Source: Longimicrobiales bacterium
GTDB taxonomy: Bacteria > Gemmatimonadota > Gemmatimonadetes > Longimicrobiales > Gaopeijiaceae
NCBI GenBank assembly: GCA_965248195.1
Contig: CBDFIQ010000002.1
Span: 2,112,001 to 2,176,000 of the forward strand
DNA length: 64,000 nt
Direction of reading: 5' to 3'
Position numbers and translations under genes: made by a program. The notes below the pieces were generated by a model. It was not told the DNA's origin, made no database searches, and worked only from the letters and a program-made list of their open reading frames with translations. Of the stretch, positions 39,994 through 50,074 are shown in pieces; position 1 is the stretch's first letter, and the number at the start of each line of letters is the position of its first letter.

Positions 39994-41151
39994 ATGCCGT
40001 CGATTTACCTCGATCACGCGGCAACGACACCGATTCGCTCCGAGGTGCGTGACGAGATGATCGCCATTCTCGATGGCGATTTCGGCAATCCCTCCAGTGC
40101 GCATGGTTGGGGGCGCCGCGCGGCTGCGCGCCTGGAGGAGGCGCGCGAACGGGTGGCCGGGGCCATTGGAGCCGACCGAAATGAGGTCTACTTCGTGCGC
40201 GGAGGAACGGAGTCGGACAACATGGCTATCCTCGGCCACGCCGACGCCATGCGCCGTCGAGGAGACCCGCCCTTCGCCGTCGTCTCAGCTGTGGAGCACA
40301 AAGCTGTGATGAGCGCCGCCGCCGAGGTAGGAGAACGGGGCGGGCGATGGAGCACGGTTCCAGTCTACCCCGACGGCACACTCGATCTGGATGCGCTCGA
40401 CACGGCACTGGCCGACGGAGCGTCGATCGTGTCCGTGATGACCGTGAACAACGAGGTCGGCATTCACCTGCCGATCGAGGCCGTGATGGAACGGACACGC
40501 GCCCATGGGGCCGTTTTTCATACCGATGCCGTCCAGGCCCTCGGAAAGGTTCCGGTCACCGTCGAGGACCTTCCAATCGACCTCCTCTCCCTTACGGGCC
40601 ACAAGATCTACGGCGCGAAAGGCACGGGCGTGCTGTTCGTCCGGCGAGGTGTGGACCTCACACCGCTGATCTTTGGTGGAGGGCAGGAAAGGGCGTTACG
40701 CCCCGGCACGGAGGACGTCGCGGGGGCCGTTGGGATGTCTATTGCGGTGGATTTGGCGGTGCAGGAACAGGAGTCCGAGGCCGATCGGATCCGCGGCCTC
40801 CGCGACCTGCTCCAGTCCCGGCTGGAGAGCGGCATTGCCGGCCTCCGGGTCCATGGAAACGTGCCCAACCGTGCGCCGCATATCCTCAACGTGGGTATTC
40901 CGAACGTGGATCCCGAGGCGCTCCTCGCCGGTCTCGATCTCGAAGGGATCGCCGCTTCCGCCGGATCGGCCTGCGACAGCGGAGCTCAGACGGCAAGCCA
41001 CGTTCTCGAGGCGTTGTACGGCCGGTTGGAGGGGGTCGCAGCTCTTCGGTTCAGTCCCGGACACACCACCACCGAGGACGATGTGATTCACGCGGCCGAG
41101 GCGACCTTGAGGGTATTGGAACTGATTGGGAGTGTCGAGGCGCGAGCCTGA
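39994..41151 (+). CDS. Cysteine desulfurase (IscS/NifS family)
   Basis: YLDHAATTP, GNPSS, GGTESDN, HTDAVQ, GHKIYG, SAGSAC. Confidence 0.95.
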   Translation: MPSIYLDHAATTPIRSEVRDEMIAILDGDFGNPSSAHGWGRRAAARLEEARERVAGAIGADRNEVYFVRGGTESDNMAILGHADAMRRRGDPPFAVVSAVEHKAVMSAAAEVGERGGRWSTVPVYPDGTLDLDALDTALADGASIVSVMTVNNEVGIHLPIEAVMERTRAHGAVFHTDAVQALGKVPVTVEDLPIDLLSLTGHKIYGAKGTGVLFVRRGVDLTPLIFGGGQERALRPGTEDVAGAVGMSIAVDLAVQEQESEADRIRGLRDLLQSRLESGIAGLRVHGNVPNRAPHILNVGIPNVDPEALLAGLDLEGIAASAGSACDSGAQTASHVLEALYGRLEGVAALRFSPGHTTTEDDVIHAAEATLRVLELIGSVEARA

Positions 41152-41170
41152 TGAACCCGACGAGAGAGCC

Positions 41171-42271
41171 ATGAGGAGTCAACGCATCCTGGTTGCCATG
41201 TCGGGTGGCGTAGACTCCTCGGTCGCAGCTGCTCTTCTCGTCCAGCAGGGACACGACGTAGTGGGTGCAACGATGAAGACCTTCTGCTATTCCGGCGAGG
41301 AGGCGCACTCCAAGACGTGTTGCGGGCTCGACGGTATCACCGACGCCCGCCGCGTCTCGGACACATTAGGAATTCCGCATTACGTTTTCGACGTGGAGGA
41401 GGACTTCACGCGCGACGTGATCGACGACTTCGTCTCCGAGTACGCCCGTGGCCGGACGCCAAATCCATGCGTGCGCTGCAATTCCAACACGAAGTTTCAG
41501 GATCTCATGCAGCGAGGGCGACTCTTGGGTTGTGACGGGATCGCCTCCGGCCATTACGTCCGGATCGATCACTCGAACCCCTCCACTCCGACGCTTTACC
41601 GGGGTGTCGATACATCGAAGGATCAGTCCTACTTTCTCTGGGGCCTCCCCGCGGAGATGCTGCCTCTTCTCCATTTTCCTCTTGGGGACCTGACGAAAAC
41701 GCAGGTACGGGAACACGCGCGTGCGCTCCGCCTTGTCACCGCCGATAAGCCAGAGTCGCAGGAAATCTGTTTCGTGCCCACGGGAGATTACCGCGATCTC
41801 CTCGAGAAGAGGCTCGAAACGCGGCATCCGGCCCTGGAGCCGGGCCTTATCGTAACAAGCGATGGCTCGGTGCTCGGAGAGCACTCGGGGTACGCCAATT
41901 TCACGGTCGGCCAGCGCAAGGGACTCGGTGGGGGCTTCGGCCAGCCTCTCTACGTAATCGAGATCCGGGCGGATTCTCGCGAAGTCGTGGTGGGGACGGC
42001 CGAAGAGGGCGCATCCGGGGGCGTCGAGATCGGTGAGGTGAACTGGCTTGCGACACCTTCGCCGGTGGACTCAGCCGTTCGCGTGCAGATCCGGTACCGC
42101 GCTACGGCCGTTCCTGCGACGGTGAAGTCGACCGACGGGCGGGTTCTGCTGGCCTTCGACGAGCCTCAGCGAGCCGTGACGCCGGGGCAATCGGCGGTCT
42201 TCTTCGAGGGCGAGCAGGTTCTTGGCGGCGGACGCATCGAACGCTCTTTGGTCAGTTCCAAGGACTGTTGA
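41171..42271 (+). CDS. mnmA: tRNA 2-thiouridine(34) synthase
   Basis: AMSGGVDSS, TPNPCVRCN, KDQSYFL, ESQEICF, TVGQRKG, AVTPGQ. Confidence 0.96.
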   Translation: MRSQRILVAMSGGVDSSVAAALLVQQGHDVVGATMKTFCYSGEEAHSKTCCGLDGITDARRVSDTLGIPHYVFDVEEDFTRDVIDDFVSEYARGRTPNPCVRCNSNTKFQDLMQRGRLLGCDGIASGHYVRIDHSNPSTPTLYRGVDTSKDQSYFLWGLPAEMLPLLHFPLGDLTKTQVREHARALRLVTADKPESQEICFVPTGDYRDLLEKRLETRHPALEPGLIVTSDGSVLGEHSGYANFTVGQRKGLGGGFGQPLYVIEIRADSREVVVGTAEEGASGGVEIGEVNWLATPSPVDSAVRVQIRYRATAVPATVKSTDGRVLLAFDEPQRAVTPGQSAVFFEGEQVLGGGRIERSLVSSKDC

Positions 42272-42280
42272 AACAAGCCT

Positions 42281-43393
42281 TCAATGCCTCAGACCGGATG
42301 ACGAAGCGAATTCCTTCATTGCTTCCCGTTGCTCGTCGGTCAACGTCTCCGGGATATCCACCTCCACCTCGACGATCTGGTCCCCCACACGCTCTCCCCT
42401 TTCGATCCCCTGTCCCCGAAGGCGAAGCTTCGTCCCATTCTGGGTACCCGGTGGAATCCGGAGATGTACTTTCTTACCGTACACCGTTCTTATCGCCATC
42501 TTCGAGCCGAGCGTGGCCTGGGCGAGATTGACCGGTATGGTCACATGGATGTCCAACCCTTCCCGACGGAAGAAGTCGTGTGGCTTGATCTTGAACATGA
42601 TGATCAGGTCCCCGGGTTTTCCGCCGCGGCTGCCCCGCTCACCCTTCCCGGACAGGCGGACCTTCGATCCGGCCTCCGCACCCTTCGGCACGGTGATCTT
42701 GAACCGCCGGTTCTGGCGTACCGTGCCACTCCCGCTGCATGCCTTGCACGGGGACTCCGGGATCTCCCCGCGGCCGAAGCACGCCGGGCACGGCCGATTG
42801 ACCGCAAAGCCTCCCTGGCCGAAAGAGATCGCGCCAGTGCCTTTGCATTCGCCGCACTTCTGGGTCTGCGTGCCGGGCGATGCGCCCGACCCTCCACACG
42901 TGGCGCATTCCTCCGTGATGGGTACGTCGATGGAAATCTTTCCCCCCCTTGCGGCAGTGAGGAAGGAAATCTCCACCAAGTATTCTATACTGCGCCCCTT
43001 TGCGGGCCCCCTATGCGTTGCTTTTCCTCCGGACTTCGGTCCACGATCGAAGATGGAACTGAAGATGTCCCCGAGGCCTCCGAACCCCTCGAGATCTTCG
43101 AAGGAGAATCCGCCTTCGGCTTCGGCGCCTGAACCTTTCGACGCCCCCCGCCCGCGACCGAATCCGAGGTTGGGAATGCGGCGCATCCGGTCGTAGTGCT
43201 TGCGCTTCTCGGGGTCTGACAGCACCCCGTAGGCCTCCCCGATCCCCTTGAAGCGCCCCGCTGCCTTGGCCCCCGGTTTCGCGTCCGGATGGTACTTCTT
43301 CGCCAATGCCCGGTAGGCCGACTTGATCTCCGCCTGGCTGGCCTTCTCCGAAACGCCGAGCGTCTTGTAGAAGTCCTTGGTGCCTGTGGCCAC
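42281..43393 (-). CDS. dnaJ: Chaperone DnaJ
   Basis: HPD J domain, four CxxCxGxG motifs, C-terminal domain. Confidence 0.95.
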   Translation of the reverse strand: MATGTKDFYKTLGVSEKASQAEIKSAYRALAKKYHPDAKPGAKAAGRFKGIGEAYGVLSDPEKRKHYDRMRRIPNLGFGRGRGASKGSGAEAEGGFSFEDLEGFGGLGDIFSSIFDRGPKSGGKATHRGPAKGRSIEYLVEISFLTAARGGKISIDVPITEECATCGGSGASPGTQTQKCGECKGTGAISFGQGGFAVNRPCPACFGRGEIPESPCKACSGSGTVRQNRRFKITVPKGAEAGSKVRLSGKGERGSRGGKPGDLIIMFKIKPHDFFRREGLDIHVTIPVNLAQATLGSKMAIRTVYGKKVHLRIPPGTQNGTKLRLRGQGIERGERVGDQIVEVEVDIPETLTDEQREAMKEFASSSGLRH

Positions 43394-43402
43394 GACTCTC
43401 GC

Positions 43403-44092
43403 CTATTCGTGTTTGAAGACGGTGACCCGGGCAGGTCGTACGAGGTGGCCTTTGAAGGTGTATCCCTTCTGGAACACGTCCTGGACCTTTTGATCCTCCT
43501 CGGGATCCTCGGTCGGCACGCCCAGCATGGCCTCCATGATGTTGGGATCGAAGAGCTCGCCGACCGGGTCGATCAACTCGACGCCCGCGGCCTCGAGGGC
43601 CTGGCGGAACTTGCGCTCCACAAGGTCGACACCCTCGATCAATGCCTCCACGGTGGTGCTCTCGACCTGCCACGTTCCAACGCGCTGCAGATCATCCAGG
43701 CCGTCGACAAAACTCCGGAGCATGTCCGCCTGGCCTCTCGTCCACGCCTCGGACAACTCGTTCTCGGCCCGGCGGCGATAGTTCGTGAACTCAGCGACCA
43801 ACCGAAGATGACGATCGTCGAACGCAGTGAGCTCCTTCCGCATCTGGTCGAGATCACTTGCCAGCTCGACCCCCGGCTCAGCGACCCCCCGCTCCGCGAC
43901 GTCCTGCTGCACGATCTCCTGCTCCTCTACCTCCTGCCCCTCGACGTCCGGCTCCCCGATCTCGTCGACGGAGGTATTACCCGCCGAAGCGGTCTGGGCG
44001 GATGGCTTCGGCGTTGCGGAGGCGCCCTCTTCCATCGCCTCCGCCTCGGAGGTCGTCATTTTTTGGGGCGTGCTTGTCTTTTTTTTACCCAT
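43403..44092 (-). CDS. grpE: Nucleotide exchange factor GrpE
   Basis: LRL.AEF.NYRRR, FDPN..EA, QKGY......RPARV.V. Confidence 0.94.
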   Translation of the reverse strand: MGKKKTSTPQKMTTSEAEAMEEGASATPKPSAQTASAGNTSVDEIGEPDVEGQEVEEQEIVQQDVAERGVAEPGVELASDLDQMRKELTAFDDRHLRLVAEFTNYRRRAENELSEAWTRGQADMLRSFVDGLDDLQRVGTWQVESTTVEALIEGVDLVERKFRQALEAAGVELIDPVGELFDPNIMEAMLGVPTEDPEEDQKVQDVFQKGYTFKGHLVRPARVTVFKHE

Positions 44093-44209
44093 CGTGCTCT
44101 CGATATCCCTGGACAGCGGAGGCGCGTCCGACCGGCTTGCCTGTGAATTTACTGCTTCTCGGGCCCTTCGGGAGCCCCGACTCGAGTACGGAATCCACGA
44201 GAGGAGAAT

Positions 44210-45484
44210 TCAGGGGCCGTCGGCCAACATCTGGTAGAGGAGAAGCAGTGCGGCCTGGCTCGCCCGTTCACGGACCGCCTCACGATCCCCGCTGAAGACG
44301 CGGTGCGACGTGCGCACACGTCCCTTCAAAGCCACGGCGAGCCATACTGTGCCCACGGGCTTCTCAGGTGTGCCTCCCCCTGGCCCCGCGACTCCCGTAA
44401 CTCCGACGCCGACGTCGGTGTCCAGAAGGTCGGCGACGCCACGAGCCATGCCGGCCGCAACAGCCTCCGAAACCGCTCCGTTCTCGACGAGCACCACCTC
44501 CTCTACGCCGAGTAAATCTAGCTTGACGCTATCCGCATAGGCGATCACTCCCCCTCGAAAAAAAATCGAGGAGCCGGGGAGATCGGTGAGTCTCTTCGCC
44601 ACGAGCCCCCCCGTACAGCTCTCGGCCACCGCCAAAGTGTGCGATTTCCTCGTCAGGACGTCTGCGACGGCCTCGACCAGGTCGCCCTTCTCCGTCCCGA
44701 TGCGGTAGGGCGCCACGATGGGGTCCAGAAAGGCCTGTGCTTCGTCCAGCAATCGCGCCGCCGTTGGGGCCCGCGCTCGCGTCGAGATGCGTATCGAAAC
44801 ACCCCGGAGGCCAGGAAGAAAAGCCAGGTCGACCTCTCCGGGAAGCCGTGCCCGCACCTCATCGACACGCTCACCGAGTACGGACTCGGGGATCCCTGTC
44901 GTGAAGAGGGTCCGGTGCACGAGAGGCACCAGGCGAGCCTCGAACCGATCACGGATGAGATCCTCGAGTACCCCCTCGAAGATCCCCCGCATTTCGCGAG
45001 GCACCCCCGGCAGAAGCGCCACGGAATGGCCCTCATGCTCCATCAGCAGCCCCGGTGCACTTCCGCGCGCGTTGGCCAGCACCCGAGCCCCGCGAGGCAC
45101 CTCGGCCTGGGATAGATTACTCACAGGCAGGTCCGGAAAACCACAGGCTCGAAAACGTTCACTCAGGTCTTCGACGATCTTTGGATCGGAACGAAGGTCG
45201 AGGCCTAGCAAATCCGCGACGGCCGGCCGCGTCAGATCGTCTCGGGTAGGTCCGAGTCCACCCGTCACGACGATGAAATCGGCCACAGCGAGAGCCGCGG
45301 AAAGCGCGGCCTGAATCGCCTCGGTGTCGTCCCCAACGACCCACCTCCGAACGACAGGCACACCGAGGGACGCCAGCTTCCTACCGAGCCAAGCTCCGTT
45401 CGAATCGGTCGTCTCGCCGGAGAGAAGCTCCTCGCCGACAGTGACAACCGCAGCCGTAACCCCGTTGTTTTGTGACACACGCAA
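44210..45484 (-). CDS. cinA: Competence/damage-inducible protein CinA (MCF + NMN deamidase)
   Basis: GEELLSG...D.N, TGGLGPT.DD, LPGVPREM, AESCTGG, GVAGPGG..EKPVG. Confidence 0.93.
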   Translation of the reverse strand: MRVSQNNGVTAAVVTVGEELLSGETTDSNGAWLGRKLASLGVPVVRRWVVGDDTEAIQAALSAALAVADFIVVTGGLGPTRDDLTRPAVADLLGLDLRSDPKIVEDLSERFRACGFPDLPVSNLSQAEVPRGARVLANARGSAPGLLMEHEGHSVALLPGVPREMRGIFEGVLEDLIRDRFEARLVPLVHRTLFTTGIPESVLGERVDEVRARLPGEVDLAFLPGLRGVSIRISTRARAPTAARLLDEAQAFLDPIVAPYRIGTEKGDLVEAVADVLTRKSHTLAVAESCTGGLVAKRLTDLPGSSIFFRGGVIAYADSVKLDLLGVEEVVLVENGAVSEAVAAGMARGVADLLDTDVGVGVTGVAGPGGGTPEKPVGTVWLAVALKGRVRTSHRVFSGDREAVRERASQAALLLLYQMLADGP

Positions 45485-46126
45485 TCAATCCCTGAAGCCC
45501 ATCAGGCCACGGTAGCTCCACAGGTAGTCCACCATGGAGTAGATCGTGAGGATCAGCGCGAGAGCGAGGGTCACCCCGACCCAGGTTGCATGGACTTGAA
45601 CGAAGGCCCTGTAGGGCAGGTTGGCCAGCCCCCGCGCGGCACCGATTTCCTGCAGGGGGTACCACAGCAGGAGCCCGCCCGAAAACAGGTTCTGGAGAAG
45701 CGCCTTGTACTTGCCCGAGGTTCCGGCGGCGATTACCACATCCTGCCGGACGGCCCACTGCCTGAAGAGAGTGACCAGGAGCTCTCTTCCCAGGATCACG
45801 ATCAACACCCACATCGGGAGCATGCCCCACAAGGGAATCAGCCCGGCGTCCCCGCCCCGGTGTGAAATGATGTAGAAAGGGATCAGCGTCGAAACCAGCA
45901 GCAGCTTATCAGCCAGGGGGTCGAGCAGCTTGCCGACGTCGGTGATCCAGCCGTGCTTTCGCGCCAGATACCCGTCCCATACGTCGGACAGCCCGGCCCC
46001 AACGAAGAGGACGAAGGCAGCCAGACGTGCGCCCACGGAGGGTGACAGGGCAAGGAAGAAAATCGCCGGACAGGCTACGATCCGCCCGACCGTGATCACA
46101 TTGGGGAGGTTAGGGCTCCCTGCCAT
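45485..46126 (-). CDS. pgsA: CDP-alcohol phosphatidyltransferase (PGP synthase)
   Basis: NLPN.IT..R, D.WDGYLAR....T..GKLLDPLADK. Confidence 0.9.
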   Translation of the reverse strand: MAGSPNLPNVITVGRIVACPAIFFLALSPSVGARLAAFVLFVGAGLSDVWDGYLARKHGWITDVGKLLDPLADKLLLVSTLIPFYIISHRGGDAGLIPLWGMLPMWVLIVILGRELLVTLFRQWAVRQDVVIAAGTSGKYKALLQNLFSGGLLLWYPLQEIGAARGLANLPYRAFVQVHATWVGVTLALALILTIYSMVDYLWSYRGLMGFRD

Positions 46127-46133
46127 GATCGCC

Positions 46134-46712
46134 TCAGCTAAGGGCCTGAACGACCATTTTGCTGACCGAGCCCAGCGTCTCGAAGACCCCTTGGCCCTGG
46201 ACCGCTACTCCCTCGAAATCGGGCACTCCCATGGGATTGAGCTGCGATCTGAGCTGGCCCATCGACATGGCGTTGGGCAGATCACGCTTGTTGAATTGCA
46301 TGGCGAACGGGATGTTCGTGAGATCGTAACCGTATGACTCGAGGTTTTCGTAGAGATTGTGCATGGCCTCGATATTCGCCTCCATACGTTCGGCCTGTGA
46401 GTCCGCCACGAAAATCACGCCGTCGACACCCTTCAAGATCAGCTTGCGACTCGCGTTGTAGTAAACCTGACCTGGAACCGTGTACAGGTGAAACCGGGTC
46501 TTGAAGCCCTTCACCTCACCGAGATCGATTGGGAGAAAGTCGAAAAACAGCGTCCGCTCGGTCTCCGTCGCAAGGGAGATCATCTTGCCTTTTTCTTCAG
46601 GATTTACCTTCGAATAAACGTATTCCAAGTTGGTGGTTTTTCCGCCCAACCCCGTGCCATAATAGACGATCTTACAGTTGATTTCCCGGCTGGCGTAGTT
46701 GATCAGCGACAT
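46134..46712 (-). CDS. mglA: MglA-family small GTPase
   Basis: [49 protein letters not shown]. Confidence 0.93.
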   Translation of the reverse strand: MSLINYASREINCKIVYYGTGLGGKTTNLEYVYSKVNPEEKGKMISLATETERTLFFDFLPIDLGEVKGFKTRFHLYTVPGQVYYNASRKLILKGVDGVIFVADSQAERMEANIEAMHNLYENLESYGYDLTNIPFAMQFNKRDLPNAMSMGQLRSQLNPMGVPDFEGVAVQGQGVFETLGSVSKMVVQALS

Positions 46713-46718
46713 GAGGAG

Positions 46719-46853
46719 CTACGCTCTCTTCCGGAATCGCGAGTCGATCACTCCCTCCAAATGCTCTCCCACGATCTCTAGCCCCCGCAGCAGAGCAAAA
46801 ATCGGGATGCAGCGCGACTTGAGGCGGTGACAAAGACGAGCCGTTCCCACCAC
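46719..46853 (-). pseudogene. Possible eroded mglB (roadblock/LC7) C-terminal remnant
   Basis: Occupies the usual mglB position; VGTARL...IFALL...LEGVIDSRF resembles the MglB C-terminus LGLVRL...IFESL...DDIDNLF. Confidence 0.3.
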
Positions 46854-46903
46854 CTGGGGAAGAAGAGCATAAGGTCGGGCAGAGGGCCACCAACGGCAAC
46901 CTA

Positions 46904-47203
46904 TCAAGTAGACAACGCAGGACCCATCGCGTCCCGCTCCATTCGTTCGACGATCGCCTGAGCCCGCCGACGGAGCGCTTCTCGCGACTCCCAAGCGACG
47001 AAATCTTTCATTAAGTTGATGTGGTCCACGGTGGCATCGGCCTTGGCCATGTATCCCAGAGCGGCAAGACGCCGAAGAAACGAAGGGCTGAAAAGGTCTC
47101 GGCTATGCCGCTGTATCTGATCACGAATCACCCACGCGGCCACCGCCCCCGCGGCGGCTGCCGCCAGAACCGCCATGCCCGTATTCCGTGTTTTCTTGTC
47201 CAT
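46904..47203 (-). CDS. Small hypothetical membrane-anchored protein
   Basis: Starts 3 nt after recR stop; N-terminal Ala-rich hydrophobic helix then HEAT-like helices. Confidence 0.75.
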   Translation of the reverse strand: MDKKTRNTGMAVLAAAAAGAVAAWVIRDQIQRHSRDLFSPSFLRRLAALGYMAKADATVDHINLMKDFVAWESREALRRRAQAIVERMERDAMGPALST

Positions 47204-47206
47204 AGC

Positions 47207-47800
47207 CTACATCTCCCGTCGCCCGGCCAGAGCTTCGACGATCGTGGAACCATCGACATACTCCAGCTCGCTTCCCACGGGAAGGCCACGTGCCAAACGG
47301 GTGACCCTCGGCCCCAGGGGGCGAATCACTCCCTCCAAATACACCGCCGTGGCCTCTCCCTCGACGCTCGAGTTCGTGGCCACAACGACCTCCTTCACTG
47401 CCCCACTAGACGACCGGATCCGCCCCAAGAGCAGCGTGACGCTTATCTCGTCTGGACCGACTCCATCTAACGGCGAAAGCCGGCCACCCAGCACATGGTA
47501 CAGACCCCTGTATCCCCCTGCTCTTTCGATCGCTCCGACCTCGTAGGCCTCCTCAACGACGCAGATCGTGGCATCGTCTCGGTTCGGATTCGAGCAGATC
47601 TCGCATCGCGCTGATTCCGAAAAATTCCCGCATACCTCACACGGACCGATCTTTTCCGCCAACTCGCGAATCGCCGCGGCGAGGCTGAAGGCCTCCTCGC
47701 GAGGACGTTTCAGGAGGTAGTAGCCAAAGCGTTGGGCGGTCTTGGACCCGACACCCGGAAGGCGTGAAAACTCCGTTATGAGTTGTTGGATGACCGACAC
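47207..47800 (-). CDS. recR: Recombination mediator RecR
   Basis: LPGVG.KTAQR, C4 zinc finger, YHVLGG.LSPLDG, EGEATA, RLARGLPVG.ELEY.D. Confidence 0.97.
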   Translation of the reverse strand: MSVIQQLITEFSRLPGVGSKTAQRFGYYLLKRPREEAFSLAAAIRELAEKIGPCEVCGNFSESARCEICSNPNRDDATICVVEEAYEVGAIERAGGYRGLYHVLGGRLSPLDGVGPDEISVTLLLGRIRSSSGAVKEVVVATNSSVEGEATAVYLEGVIRPLGPRVTRLARGLPVGSELEYVDGSTIVEALAGRREM

Positions 47801-47874
47801 TAAAAACTAACAGGTCGACGGAGGGCCCGGGGGGACTTTTTTACGAACACGATCCGTCCGGATGGGCCAACGTG

Positions 47875-48192
47875 CTAGAAAAGGCCGGGGATTTGGATCG
47901 GCATTCCTCCTGCCGCCTTCCGCATGTCTTCCTCATACTGGCCCTGTGCCTTGCTCTGAGCTTCCGTTACCGCAGCCAACACCAGGTCTTCGAGCATCTC
48001 CACGTCCCTCGGATCCACCACCGTGGGATCGATCACGATCCGGGTCACGGTACCCTTTCCGTCTACAGTCGCCGTCACCATCCCCCCACCGGACGACGCA
48101 GAGATCTCGCGGGCTGAAAGCTCCTCTTGTAACTGAGCCATCCGCGCCTGGAGCTGCTGGCCCATTTGCATGAGCTGCTGAATGTCGGTCAT
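47875..48192 (-). CDS. ybaB: YbaB/EbfC nucleoid-associated protein
   Basis: SGGGMV, D.EMLEDLVLAA; between dnaX and recR. Confidence 0.93.
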   Translation of the reverse strand: MTDIQQLMQMGQQLQARMAQLQEELSAREISASSGGGMVTATVDGKGTVTRIVIDPTVVDPRDVEMLEDLVLAAVTEAQSKAQGQYEEDMRKAAGGMPIQIPGLF

Positions 48193-48223
48193 CGTCAAGC
48201 CCCTGCCTTGCAACGTGTTGGGA

Positions 48224-49876
48224 TCAATCTAGTAATTCCAAGTCAAGTTCGTCCACTGCGTGTTGGAGGAGCGGTTCCCGCTTGATCAGCCCCTTCATCC
48301 TGTCGTTCCGAACCGCCTCGGGACTGATACGCCCGCTGCGCCGAGGCGTGCCATCGTCGGAACCCCGAACTACGATCTCGAGCTCCCCCTTCATCAAAGC
48401 CCCTAGCGCCTTTTGAAGGGTTCTGCGGGCCGAGGCGTCTTCGAGGCGTTCCAGACCCGGTCCGGCTGGAATTTTAATGACCACGACGCCCTCGGCCTCG
48501 GAGTGGGCGACGGTGGCGGCCCTGAGAAATGGGCGCATACCGCTGGGAACTCCAGTGCCTTGCTCGACCAACAAATCCCACGCGTCCGTCGCCGTGAGTG
48601 CGCCGGACGAGCTCTGAGCGGAGGCTCCCTCGGGTACCTGGGGAGCGAGCGAAAGCACCTCGGAAACCGGTTCATCTGTGGATACCCCCCCTGAAGAGGG
48701 CTCCGGTGCCGCCGCGCCGTCCGGTGGAGGGCTCCCGCCAAGACCAGCCAGCAACTCCTCCAACCCCACGGTCCGATCGACATAGCTTATACGCAGCAGA
48801 AGCATTTCAAGCACCACCTGAGGATTCGGACTCCGCCTAAGGCTTCCGGAACTCTCGACGTCGGAGGCCAACGCAAGCATCCGAGTCAGGTCCGCCGGGC
48901 TGAAAGGAGCAAGCCTGGCCTTGAAAGCGTCATGGGTGTCGGCATCGAGATCCGGAGGAGTTCCTCCCAGCGAAATCCTCAGCAGAGCCCGAAGCGAATC
49001 AACCAGGCCGTGGTAGAATTCGATCAGATCGTACCCCTCGTCGAGCAGCCGCTCCACGAAGCCGAAGATCTCGCCATGTTTCCCCTCGGCCCATACGTCC
49101 AAGAGCTCCACGTAGCGCTCGTTATCGACCAGGCCCAGTACCCGGCGCACCGAATCTTGACTGATTTCCCCACCAGTGAGAGCGATCACCTGATCCAACA
49201 GAGAGAGGGCGTCCCTCATCCCTCCGTCGGCCTTCCGCGCGATGGTCCTGATAGCATCTTTCGGAGCGGGAAAGCCCTCTTGGTCGAGCACGGTCACCAG
49301 GCGGTCCATGATGTCGGCGATGCCGATGCGCCGGAAATCGAATCGCTGGCACCGTGAAAGAATCGGCGCCGCGGTCTGCTGGATCTTCTGCGGCTCCGTA
49401 GTCGCGAACACGAAAATCACTCGGGGTGGCGGTTCTTCGAGGATCTTCAGCAGTGTGTTCCAAGCCTCCCGCGTGAGCATGTGGGCCTCATCCACGATGT
49501 AGACCTTGTGGCTGCCTTCCTGCGACGGCGCATACATGGCCCGCTCACGCAGTTGCCTCGCATCCTCCACACCTCGGTTCGAAGCGGCGTCGATCTCAAC
49601 CACGTCTAGCGCGGTCTGCCCGCTCCAGATTCTGGCACAGCTTTCACATTCTCCGCACGGCTCCCCCGAAGCTTCCCTAGCCGAGCAGTTGAGGGACATC
49701 GCGAGCATACGCGCAAGCGTCGTCTTGCCAACGCCTCGGGGGCCGCAGAAAAGGTATGCGTGTCCCACCCGGCCGTCTGATACGGCCCGGCGCAGCGTCT
49801 CGGAGACATGTTCCTGGGTCGCGACATCGGCGAAACGCCGCGGTCGATATTTACGAGCTAACGCCGTGTAGGACAA
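48224..49876 (-). CDS. dnaX: DNA polymerase III gamma/tau
   Basis: SY.ALARKYRP, GPRGVGKTT, EIDAASNRGV, DEAHML, SRCQRF; TTG start at 49876. Confidence 0.96.
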   Translation of the reverse strand: MSYTALARKYRPRRFADVATQEHVSETLRRAVSDGRVGHAYLFCGPRGVGKTTLARMLAMSLNCSAREASGEPCGECESCARIWSGQTALDVVEIDAASNRGVEDARQLRERAMYAPSQEGSHKVYIVDEAHMLTREAWNTLLKILEEPPPRVIFVFATTEPQKIQQTAAPILSRCQRFDFRRIGIADIMDRLVTVLDQEGFPAPKDAIRTIARKADGGMRDALSLLDQVIALTGGEISQDSVRRVLGLVDNERYVELLDVWAEGKHGEIFGFVERLLDEGYDLIEFYHGLVDSLRALLRISLGGTPPDLDADTHDAFKARLAPFSPADLTRMLALASDVESSGSLRRSPNPQVVLEMLLLRISYVDRTVGLEELLAGLGGSPPPDGAAAPEPSSGGVSTDEPVSEVLSLAPQVPEGASAQSSSGALTATDAWDLLVEQGTGVPSGMRPFLRAATVAHSEAEGVVVIKIPAGPGLERLEDASARRTLQKALGALMKGELEIVVRGSDDGTPRRSGRISPEAVRNDRMKGLIKREPLLQHAVDELDLELLD

Positions 49877-49970
49877 CGCTTTACCGTTCCCAGACCGGTG
49901 GTGCGGTAGCCCGGCACGCCGCCACCTGTGGCACGCGGTCGGGTGAGACGCCGCACGAGAAGCAAAAAAA

Positions 49971-50070
49971 ATGCCCCAGGCGACCCGCAGCAACGATCAC
50001 CACACTCACCGCTGCTACCGGCAAGGTCCTGACGGAGTTCGTGGGCTTTCGCCCTACGGACCTGGGGCAC
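49971..50070 (-). ncRNA. ffs: Signal recognition particle RNA (4.5S, small bacterial type)
   Basis: Terminal helix GTGCCCCAGG/CCTGGGGCAT; domain IV GAACTCCGTCAGG...AGCAGCGG; directly upstream of dnaX; T-run follows. Confidence 0.88.
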
Positions 50071-50074
50071 CTGA

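Noticed and set aside
49877..49993. dnaX N-terminal extension
   Set aside because: Overlaps the SRP RNA 3' end; conserved sequence starts at TTG 49876.
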